Shown here: positions 41,485-51,222 of the stretch, piece by piece
How positions within the stretch are numbered: the stretch's first letter is position 1
How the letters are laid out: every line of letters begins with the position of its first letter
DNA from: Polymyxa betae A26-41
Lineage: Eukaryota; Protista; Endomyxa: Phytomyxea
Length of the DNA stretch: 64,000 bases
Assembly: GCA_003693705.1 (NCBI GenBank)
Contig: RBZT01000500.1
Span: 103,725 to 167,724, forward strand
Direction of reading: 5' to 3'
Notes under the pieces: generated by a model
What the model saw: the letters and a program-made list of their open reading frames with translations, nothing else
Databases searched by the model: none
Told to the model about the DNA's origin: nothing
Translations under genes and position numbers: made by a program

Positions 41485-42444
41485 ATGTCTGGCACAGTAC
41501 CGCTTTTCTTGCTGGTGCTGTTGCTGCTGACATCGGGGGTGAACGTCGCCTCCGCCGAACGATTTATCTATCCGCCGTCACATAACAACGAAGCAGTAGC
41601 TGTGGACCCAATTCTGGTCGCACAGCCGTATGAGGTTGTCCCCCATGGACCTCTTAGTATGAGCGTCGCATATAATGTGCCTCCTCAACATCATCACCAT
41701 AACGAAGTATATGATGGTGTAGTTTATAGACCATCCGCACACGAGGGAGATTTGCCTCCTAATCAGCACCATCATGTTGTTTCTACTCGAGTCGATGAAT
41801 ATGGGCGACCGGTTCCACCTCCTACGGCTAAGCCGGTTGATCCCGATCCGCCTTCATATCTAGATCATCCACAGGCTCATGAAATGGAGACAAGACCAAG
41901 AGCGCATGCAGTTGACCATGCAGGTCAAGCAGCGACTGAGGAAACTGAACCAGTATATGACGATGAACCATTTCTACACAGAGCTTTAGACAAGAGTCAG
42001 GCTTCGACGGATGTTACTAATGCTCTCGATCATGACCTAGGTGAACTGAATGTCAAAGAATCTGGAGACGATTTAACAGTCCATGTCGGCAAGAACAAAG
42101 TTAAGACTGAAACTGTCGCCACGATTACAGCCACGATCACAGCCACCGACGAGCATGAAGATTCTTACATCAATATTCATCGTAATGCTCATGAAGCATC
42201 CGCTGGTCACGAACACGATCATCTCGATGGAAAGACAGTGTATCTTGATGGTGCTAAGCACGACGCTCTGGACCAGCAAGGTGGCGCCGAAGTCGTACCG
42301 GCTGAGACTCCGCCTCCAGATCTGAGCTTCTTGCAAGATGTCGAGGTGCTGAAGGTCCTGTTTCCATGGTTGGAGAAGCACTCAAATGGGCAAGAGCCGG
42401 AACAGTCGCCCCCAGAAACATTGGACCATGTAGCACTGGCGTAA
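41485..42444 (+). CDS. Secreted His/Pro/acidic protein HRP-4 (319 aa, intronless)
   Basis: Signal peptide MSGTVPLFLLVLLLLTSGVNVASA; PPxQHHHH repeats; GKNKVKTETVATITATITATDEHE motif. Confidence 0.88.
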   Translation: MSGTVPLFLLVLLLLTSGVNVASAERFIYPPSHNNEAVAVDPILVAQPYEVVPHGPLSMSVAYNVPPQHHHHNEVYDGVVYRPSAHEGDLPPNQHHHVVSTRVDEYGRPVPPPTAKPVDPDPPSYLDHPQAHEMETRPRAHAVDHAGQAATEETEPVYDDEPFLHRALDKSQASTDVTNALDHDLGELNVKESGDDLTVHVGKNKVKTETVATITATITATDEHEDSYINIHRNAHEASAGHEHDHLDGKTVYLDGAKHDALDQQGGAEVVPAETPPPDLSFLQDVEVLKVLFPWLEKHSNGQEPEQSPPETLDHVALA

Positions 42445-43310
42445 AACAAGAAAAGCCAAAGTTAACTACCTGAACAGTGGCTTCGTTGTCCAATCAAATA
42501 CCTATATCCCTCAGTTTCTTAATGTACTTAGTAATTCCCTTCAAATTTATCTTTGGGATTCGTGTCGTTGTCGTAGATTTTGATGCAGATCCTCACACAG
42601 GAAATTCGAGATGGATCTAAAATTATTCCGCAATAGTACTATATTTCATCGAAAACGAAGATTTATAGACTGCCTTCTCAAGTTCGATCCTAACGCTGCT
42701 CGGATATTGATTAACACAATCGATACCGAACTTGAATAAAAAGAAAATAAAAAACTCGGTCAGTTGAAGCAAAATAAGAGTGCCGTCCGATGAATAAAAT
42801 GATACTCAGGATGGAACATAGAAGCTTCGTCAGCTCGAGCCATTGATGATCTGTTTTAGAAAAGGAAAGCTCTTCTGAAAGTGTGATACCACTGAATTTT
42901 CGGCCTTGTCAATAGGAATCTAATAGGAATACTTCTCTATACTTTAAAGCTTTTTTCTACTTTAAAGTTTGGAAAGAACAAAAATTTTTTTGCTCGAAGC
43001 AAAACCCTCATCATGTATTTCATGTTTGTTTAATAGCAGAAAAGACAATCCGAACATTTGATAACAGCTTACATTGAATCTCAGCCGGGCAAGATCGCTT
43101 GCAGAATAATACAGTATGAATATTAGAACTTTCAACCTGAGACCAGAGGCCTTGCTCCAAAGGTAGAAATAATCTGAAGCATGGCATAGATAGGAGTCCG
43201 AAACGGTCCAGCTGAAAGCGAGCGCCTTCCCTTGTAAAGAAGGTGCATGGCTCTATAATCGGCTGGTCTGAATTTCTATAGTGCATGATCTTGAATCATG
43301 GAGTTTGAAT

Positions 43311-44009
43311 CTAATTGCTCTGGACGATGGTGGGACGGAACCGTTTCTGGCCATTGAATGGTATGTTGGACGAGATCTCATCCGGGATTGCCGTAAGCTG
43401 ACAGGATAGACGGGGCATCGGCCGATTCACAGCTTGAGGTCTGGGTCTATAGCAAACGAATCCAGACGCTTCGACTTTGTCTTGGACTGCAACGCTTTGA
43501 TTAACAGAAACTCTGGAAATCGTAGCACGAAGTTGGGCGTTCTCTTGCTCGAGTACTTGGATTCTTTCTTCTAATTCCATAATGTGGCGCTTCTGGGCAG
43601 AACCCGTCTCGTTTGTTTTGCGGACGATCAATGGCAGCATATTGGGGCGACCTCGAATAAAGCATGGGTGTCGGAACTCAACCCGAGTAGCAGATGATGT
43701 TGTCTTAGAAAACCGATAGAAATGCAGTTGTCGAATGAAACTGCTGAAATTCGAATGATTGAAATACAGCGGCAGCAGCTCTTTCTGCAGGCGATTGGAA
43801 TCATAAACGATGAACTTATCACCATCAGGACCCCAGCCGATAACATCGTTGTCCGATTCGACCAACTTGTAGACTTTCTGGACGAACATCGGCGTCTCCA
43901 TGACAAGCTGGTAATTCTCCAGGATTTCTGTCGGTATTGAAGGGCGGAATGGAAAAGAGCGATGCTTTTCTGCAAATGACCGGGCGGAGCAGCTGCTCAG
44001 GTGAGTCAT
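43311..44009 (-). CDS. HSF-type transcription factor, paralogue B (intronless; start uncertain, ORF open to 44231)
   Basis: FVQKVYKLVE..YFNHSNFSSFIRQLHFYRFSK..EFRHPCFIRG; coiled coil; C-terminal GQKRFRPTIVQS. Confidence 0.9.
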   Translation of the reverse strand: MTHLSSCSARSFAEKHRSFPFRPSIPTEILENYQLVMETPMFVQKVYKLVESDNDVIGWGPDGDKFIVYDSNRLQKELLPLYFNHSNFSSFIRQLHFYRFSKTTSSATRVEFRHPCFIRGRPNMLPLIVRKTNETGSAQKRHIMELEERIQVLEQENAQLRATISRVSVNQSVAVQDKVEASGFVCYRPRPQAVNRPMPRLSCQLTAIPDEISSNIPFNGQKRFRPTIVQSN

Positions 44010-45453
44010 TGGCATACAAGAGTTCCGGTCTTGGCAGCCAACAGATAGCATCATGATCCTAAACAAGGTGCCGATTCTACCAATCACAGGCGCCTTTCTC
44101 GCCAAGATGGTCTGGCGGAGCCGGCGCAATTTAGAGCGCAATGAGATCTCTGACTTTGTAAATAAATTAGGGCTGGATGTCATATATGGACTGCTGATAA
44201 CAGCCGACCCGAAACAATAGGGCGCTGACACATATATGGTTTTTGTTACTTCCTTGTCAAGGTGTCATGCCGATATCAGCTAGCCATTCGATGGGAAGCT
44301 TAAGTGACTACCGTTTAAACATAAGCGAATAAAAGTTATCACCAATGCCTTGACGTAGAATTATACCTGGGATACTTAGGTTTGTGTAACAATCGAAATC
44401 GACTCGCTTCAGAAGCAAGGCGGACTGGATTAATTGTAGAATGGGTTAATGGGATTGGCTGGACATGGGCAACTCGGTTTCTCTCGTTTCTGAGTCTAGG
44501 GTTTCAGGGTTTGAGGGGCTTGAGGGGTGCGGCCTGTGCTGCGCGGCTGCCCCTTCCCGATGCAGCCCGTTAAATTGACACTTTCCAGCCACCTCAGTGG
44601 ACATGGTCATAATAACAACATTCGTCTCTAGAAGCAGGCGGTGACGTTTTAAACTTGCTGTAGCCGCATGCGCCAGGCATCGATTTAAAGTGCAGCCGAC
44701 TCCCTGCTCCAGAATGACAATCTAAACCTAAAGCTTCAATGGCGACCAGTGTAATTGACGCCGGCTGGACATGAGCGGCCAGATTTTGCTCGTAAGCTGT
44801 TCAGGTGGAAGAAGCTATATCTTAAGCGATTATCTTCGGCGTCACAAGGTGTTGCCTATTAAACGAATCGTTAGGCTTGACATGGTATAATCAGATAGCA
44901 CCGTTTGTTGGTGATGTGAAAGTCCCTATAAATCTTACGTTCATTTCCAGTTAAGGTTACTAGGAAAAGCAGCCATTCCATCTCCAGTTTGAAACTTCGC
45001 CATTCCTACTTCTGTGTAGATCGTTCGATTTCATAGCTGGAGCGATGCCCTGCCTAACAATAAGGAGATTCCACAGCTTCGTGCTCATAGCTACCAGAAT
45101 TCTCGTGACATCCATGAACAAATGATGTCTTATAGGCAGCATTCGCCGGCTTGTGATGGGGAGGGGGTATTGAATTTCCAAGCTGATATCGCGAATCCGG
45201 TCGCTGTTGTTCGTAGACAACGTCAGTCTCCAACAACATCATTGATCAACGTTGAATCTGTAATGGCTAGTTTTTGTTTACAGTGCTGAGCTCGCATTCA
45301 GGTCTGACTATTCAAAACAATTTGTTCGTTACGCTTTTGTTCGTGAAGTTTAAAACGATCGGATTATTGGCTGGATATCTGACGCGATGCATAATCTATA
45401 GGTCTTCCTCAAGGCAATCTATTGGTTGGCTTGATGGAGAAACTTATTAGCTG

Positions 45454-46200
45454 ATGACCTCTTTGGGATGCGATGATTTTCACTGTTTCATTGGATTGAT
45501 CTCAAAGCGACATTCGCTTAGCCCAAATGAGTCACCGCCGCATTCGGCTCACTTCCGAAAGATGCATCCTACTTTGAATGCATTCGAGAACTACCAGGTC
45601 GTCATGGAGACCCCTATTTTCGTCCAGAAATTGTTTAAACTTGTGGAATCCGGTGAGGACATTATCGGTTGGAGGCCGAATGGCGATACGTTTATTGTTC
45701 ATGATTCCGATCGATTGCAAAATGAGCTGCTCCCATTATACTTCAAGCTTTCGAAGTTCAACAGCTTTGTTCGTCAGCTGCATTTCTATGGATTCTCCAA
45801 AACGACACTGTCGAGTTCTCTGATCGAATTCAGTCACCCGTTCTTCATCAAAAATCGTCCAGATATGTTAGCCTTGATTGTTCGGAAAACGAACGAGAAT
45901 GGCAATGCTCAAAAGCGCCATATTCAAGAGCTAAACGAAAGGATACAAAAGCTTGAACAAGAAAATGCCCTACTTCGTGCAAGAGTCGACGTGCTGTCTA
46001 AAACTTCCCGACCACTCGCTGACCAAGCGAAACCTGTTTTAAAACCCTGCAATAGTAGTTCACCTAAGTCTCAGGTGAGTATGAGTGACCAGTCGTCAGC
46101 CTTCTCAGCTTTGCTTTTGGCGCTACCGGGACAAAATCTGGCCAACAGCGCGTTCAAAGCTCAAAAACGGTTTCGTTCATTGGTCGTCCAAAGCCATTGA
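45454..46200 (+). CDS. HSF-type transcription factor, paralogue C (intronless; start may be 45562)
   Basis: FVQKLFKLVE..YFKLSKFNSFVRQLHFYGFSK..EFSHPFF; coiled coil; AQKRFRSLVVQS. Confidence 0.9.
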   Translation: MTSLGCDDFHCFIGLISKRHSLSPNESPPHSAHFRKMHPTLNAFENYQVVMETPIFVQKLFKLVESGEDIIGWRPNGDTFIVHDSDRLQNELLPLYFKLSKFNSFVRQLHFYGFSKTTLSSSLIEFSHPFFIKNRPDMLALIVRKTNENGNAQKRHIQELNERIQKLEQENALLRARVDVLSKTSRPLADQAKPVLKPCNSSSPKSQVSMSDQSSAFSALLLALPGQNLANSAFKAQKRFRSLVVQSH

Positions 46201-46807
46201 GATTGAATGCCATTCTTCGTTTTGGGACATTTTCGACTTCATATGTCTAATGTGCGACAACTTGTAATCACTCGTAAACGCCTTCCTCTTCTTTCTGAAA
46301 ACAACACTGTCATTCTCTTTTTTCTAGAATTGAGTTTGAGCACCATCAAGGCATGTAATTAAACTGATTGCTTTGAAGTGGATTGTAATTTCTGTAACAC
46401 TCAAATAGGCTCCGTCATTTCAATTAGTGAAACATTTCAGTATGTAGTTGAGCGTCATTTTTCATTGGGATTCAAATTAAAAATCCAAAGGAAAAGTGCG
46501 ATGACGAGCACCATCGATTGGTCGGCTCCTCAACGACCGCACGAGCAACCGGCCAGTTCAGTCAAGCATCCTTGCTAAGAATCAAATGTAGCATTGATGT
46601 TTAGATCGGCCGGTATTTCCTTCACTCCTGTAACTTTTTGTTCAAAGATGTAATCTGCGAAACCAAGAGCGAAGGTTTAACGTTTCATGTATGGGCGGAT
46701 AGGGCGTCTGTCGTCTGCTCACACCCAGACCTCCATCTGCTCGTGTCATCGTTCATGTCTGACAATATCCCTGCTTAGTGTCGTCTCATCGTAGCTGTTG
46801 TTTGTGT

Positions 46808-49511
46808 ATGTCGGCGGCGTCCTGCCTATCAGCCGATCCCGATGCTGATTCCGATGATATTTTCGAAATCGAGGACTATTACACCGCCTCGGATCTTGAA
46901 GGGTTGCTTTTTATTGGTATTTTGCTATCCTTCTGACCCCTTACAGGCTAATCGTTGTGTTCGAAAAACTTCTGAAGGAATGGAGACCGCTTATTCAAGA
47001 CAAAATCGGGCGACGAACGACAATATCTCGCGGCGAAATCTCTGTAGAAGTCGAGATTATCATTCCCGGGACTGCAGAAGCAGACCCTGATCATCCGATT
47101 GCTTTGCTTGAACTTCCAGTTCATATCAGCTTGGTTCCCCATATCACAACCAGCGTTGGAAGCGAGGCCAGATATGTGCTTTCAGCCGCCTGTATTGCTG
47201 CGTATTCGGTTGGTATCGACGTCCCGTTTATCGCTCCTTGCGACGAGTCACTGTGGACTGGGCGATCCTTAACGTCTCGCCATCAGGTCTTTCAACCGAC
47301 TCTTGTCATTTTCACGTCATTTGACAAATGTATCAGGTGGAAGTTACGGAATGGGATATTCCTGAGCGATTGACGAACCTTTCTGGAATATTATCGTTAT
47401 TTTATGATCTAACTGAGCGGTCGCCGCCAAAACAGCTTCCAACGATTACTGTTGAGTACGCCTACGACTACGACCAGTTCGATATCGATGGTATGGTGTC
47501 CCAAAATCTTCGTACGAATAAGAGCTTGGCCGGTTCCGCCTTGGAATGGGGCTGTAGAGAGAAGCAACGTTTGGTAATGCATCTGTTGGCTCGCTGGAGC
47601 CCCTTCCCTGAAGGAACGTTCACAAGTAGCAGTACCCTCACCGATCTAAACCCTGAAGCTGCTCCGATTTGGAAATTACATTGTCATCTAGGTTAGATCT
47701 TGTATTTGTTTTTTAATTTAAAAATAATGAGTTTCCTTTAAGATTTACATTTAACTGCTGTAAAATGTTGTGTCTTTTCTTATGAGAAACTTTAGCACCT
47801 GGCTCTAAATTTCGTCTCGTCTCCAATGTGAAACGGTTCTTATCGACATGTTCCGCCCTTTCCGATTACTCGACCCTGGAAGCTATCACACGACGCGACC
47901 ACACTTTTGCTCCATCTTTTATGATTCAAGAACAAATTCGTGATGTATTCCGCAGCCATGATTCGGTGCTTTATAGCACTCCTAGAACTAATTCTCCCAC
48001 CAATTCCTGCCCGTTCCAATCATTATTGTCCAGTCTGGTTTTGGCAATGATGCAACAATCTCCTCATGAACCTTACAGAATTGCTCAGCTCTTTGTCGCA
48101 TTTGTTGCCGAACTGCAACGTTATTGGGATGAGGGTCTGTATTCATCATATAATCACCTGAATATGGCTAATAATGCCTTAGGCCACCCGCTTCCCGGGC
48201 TATTAAGTGATATAGAAGCGGCGACTCCCGATCTGAATTGCTGCCTGCTTCATCAAAAGCTGCAAGTTCTGAATCAATGCATCCAGCTACGAACGGTTGC
48301 AGTCGATCGCGGCGCCCAGTTGATATCTCCCGTTGTTGAGCGAGCTAAGCATTGGGCTGATTATGACTATGACGATTTTGAAGATGGCCTTGAAGAATCC
48401 GATCAAGCTACCAACACTGCTAGCAATGCAGAGCAATCGCAGGACGCCGAGCCTGAAGGGATTAATTACGATATCACATTACCAGACGTCTATCTACTCA
48501 ACGGGAAGGCGAAAATGCATGTTCCAATAACATTGGAATCTCCATTACTAACTGAAGATGAGGTAATGAGCATTGTGCTATCGGGTCTTCAAACTATCAA
48601 TTTTGTGATCAGATTCAAGAGCAGCATGAGATTTTAGCAGGTCTTGGGACAGATCATGCATCAAGTACAGTTCGTGCCGAGCTGCAATCGTCATCGCTGC
48701 TTTCAGATATGTCGGCTTTCAAAGCCGCCAATCCCGGGGCAGAGATTGGCGATTTTGTGCGATGGTCAGTTTACATTGATTTCTGCAGAATTCTCACGAG
48801 TTGGTGCAGGTATAGTCCAAATGATTGGATAGATGGAAAAGGTCTTTCCAAACGAATGTCGGGCAGCGATAATCTCTGGAAACGCTGCTGGGCCCGAGCA
48901 GCACCATGTCCCGCTTCACGACAAACGCCATTATTCGATTATGTGGCTCAGGGAGAGCGCATCCTCGATTATTTCAGGACCATCACACCATCAGCGCTAA
49001 TGGAGCAAATCTCTGTTATTGCCATCGTCAATGCAGCATCGGTTATTGCCAGGGCGTTTCCTAATGTGGATGACTTTCCATCTGCCAAAAGCTCTGTCGA
49101 ATCAATGTTCCAGAACGCTAATTACGATGTGATCTTATCTCGAGTATTCGCTCATTCGCATTTCATGATTAACCATTAATCTGGTCATTTTAGATCGAAC
49201 ACGTTGAACAAATCGCAGAGCTTGTAGCAAGATTATCTGGAGGTGTTTTCAAACCATCTGAAATTGATGACATTATCCGCAATGGTACTGCAAATATTGA
49301 ATTCGGGAGAGAACGAGTAATTTCTTTAATGCATGAAAGGGCGAGGTCGCTGGGCTATCCAGATCGTCAGCTTTACATGGTTTCAGCTAAAGACTGCAAC
49401 GATAGCACTTTATATATTGCTGTGCAATTAGATGGCGGGACTCTGATAACAGTTAACGATCGATCTGTGCCATCGCAGATGATTTTCTGCTCAACTTTGC
49501 CCGTTAATTAG
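46808..49511 (+). CDS. RAB3GAP1: Rab3 GTPase-activating protein catalytic subunit, multi-exon
   Basis: FEIEDYYTASDLE; PDLNCCLLHQKLQVLNQCI; LLSDMSAFKAANPG..DFVRWYSPNDW..LSKRM..W..RQTPLFD. Confidence 0.92.
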
Positions 49512-50281
49512 TCGTTACTCAAATTTCTGGTTGAGTCCTTCGCAATCTTTATCAAGGTTTCGAGTCAATGAGCCTTAATAACCTCAGCTGCTCCTACCTC
49601 CATATACAGTAAATTGTCTTAATGCCACGCCAATATCAGAGTTTTCCAACAAGGGTTTATTTTGCAGTTAATCTATTATTCTGCTAATCGCGCCTTGGTC
49701 ACTATGTCTATGGGAACCGAAGAGGTGCTGCTTTGATTAACATCGATCATTGATTGGTGATTGTGATCGTTGCTTATTTCTCAATCGAGCGACCTGTTGC
49801 CTGTTTTGAGTAAAGCAACGATGCAAGCGTTTTGATGCAGAACAGAGAGAGTTAAACAGCTACAAAGGATTCGATGTTTGTTAAACTGAAACTCAGTTGA
49901 ATACACCTCGATGAAATACTGTATTGCTTAGCTGCGTTGCGGTTGCCTCGCTAATTGCCAAACACAACATTTTGGCCTCAAACCTTAGGAATACACGCTT
50001 GAGCAATGTTTACCAATGCAACGATGTAGAGTTTTAAAGCAAGAAGCTATCGCGAATATTTGATCGACAGCATGTTCGATTCCAACAACTTTCATGTTGG
50101 CCCAACTCTATCCTTCATCCTATCTTGTCTGTAATCGCTCACATCTCCCCAGGAATATATAACTATCAAATGAGAACATTTTATGAGACCATTTACATGC
50201 GACGGGAGCAGCGTCAGCTTTACAAACAGCTTTCGTTGATTGCTCCTTTTGACAAGGAATGAATCATCATCTACACCTCGA

Positions 50282-50308
50282 TGACTCATTTGTTCGAGTC
50301 ATGAATCA
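50282..50308. promoter_or_regulatory. TGACTCA site plus two one-mismatch variants upstream of HRP-5
   Basis: atgactcatttgttcgagtcatgaatca; ATG at 50416. Confidence 0.6.
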
Positions 50309-50415
50309 ACGTTTGGAATGACAATATTGTTTCGCTAGCTCGTTGTTCATCATATTTCTATTAGTCGCAGAACTTCAATATCCCTCGATCTAATATTTGT
50401 AACTACCACAACCTA

Positions 50416-51054
50416 ATGAAAACGTTCCTAGTTGCCGCCTTAGCATTGGTCGGTGTGACCCAGGGCGACCGCCGTATGAACGGTTTCGACGATCATCATG
50501 GCGACCATCTCGTCCATGAATCCCGAATAGACCCGATCGACGTCGGGCATCACCGAACCGTTCCTGATTATATGGGACACGAAGACCGTTTCGATGGGCA
50601 CCGAACAAGCGAGCACCATGACCCAATCCATGACAAGATCCTGCCGCAGGACGTTCTTGAGCACCCTCTTGGAGGCGCTAAGTACGAGGGCGTCCACAAA
50701 GCCGTTAAAGAAGACAAGGGTGTCTGGCATGATGGCCACGATGGATGGCACGGCGATCATGGACATGGCGATCACGGCTACCACGGCGATCACGGCTACC
50801 ATGGCGATCACGGTGACCATGGCGATTACGAACATGGTGATCACGATGGATGGCATGGACATGGCTATGAGCACGGCCATAATGATCATGGTCATGATGG
50901 TTATGAACACGGACACGACCTGCACGCCAATGATTTCTTTGATGGAGTTCATGGATTCCACGGTCATGGCCGGCATGGCGACGACCACCACGAGGACGGC
51001 GTTCGAAAGTCGCTCGAGCACGATGATATCCCTCGCTATCATGGATATCACTAA
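50416..51054 (+). CDS. Secreted His/Gly/Asp-rich protein HRP-5 (212 aa, intronless)
   Basis: Signal peptide MKTFLVAALALVGVTQG; HGDHGY/HGDHGH/HDGWHG/GYEHGH repeats. Confidence 0.9.
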   Translation: MKTFLVAALALVGVTQGDRRMNGFDDHHGDHLVHESRIDPIDVGHHRTVPDYMGHEDRFDGHRTSEHHDPIHDKILPQDVLEHPLGGAKYEGVHKAVKEDKGVWHDGHDGWHGDHGHGDHGYHGDHGYHGDHGDHGDYEHGDHDGWHGHGYEHGHNDHGHDGYEHGHDLHANDFFDGVHGFHGHGRHGDDHHEDGVRKSLEHDDIPRYHGYH

Positions 51055-51222
51055 AGCGCTACGCGCAACTAACTATCATAAAATCTAACGTAATCAGTTT
51101 CAAGAACAAAATGATCAATAGGTAGTGCTTAGGAGTTTAAATAAACTGAAGTTCAACAAAGGACATCGCAGTCAATCGTAGCATTTTCTTGGTAGATCGT
51201 TGAGAAATCGCACAGAAGTCAA

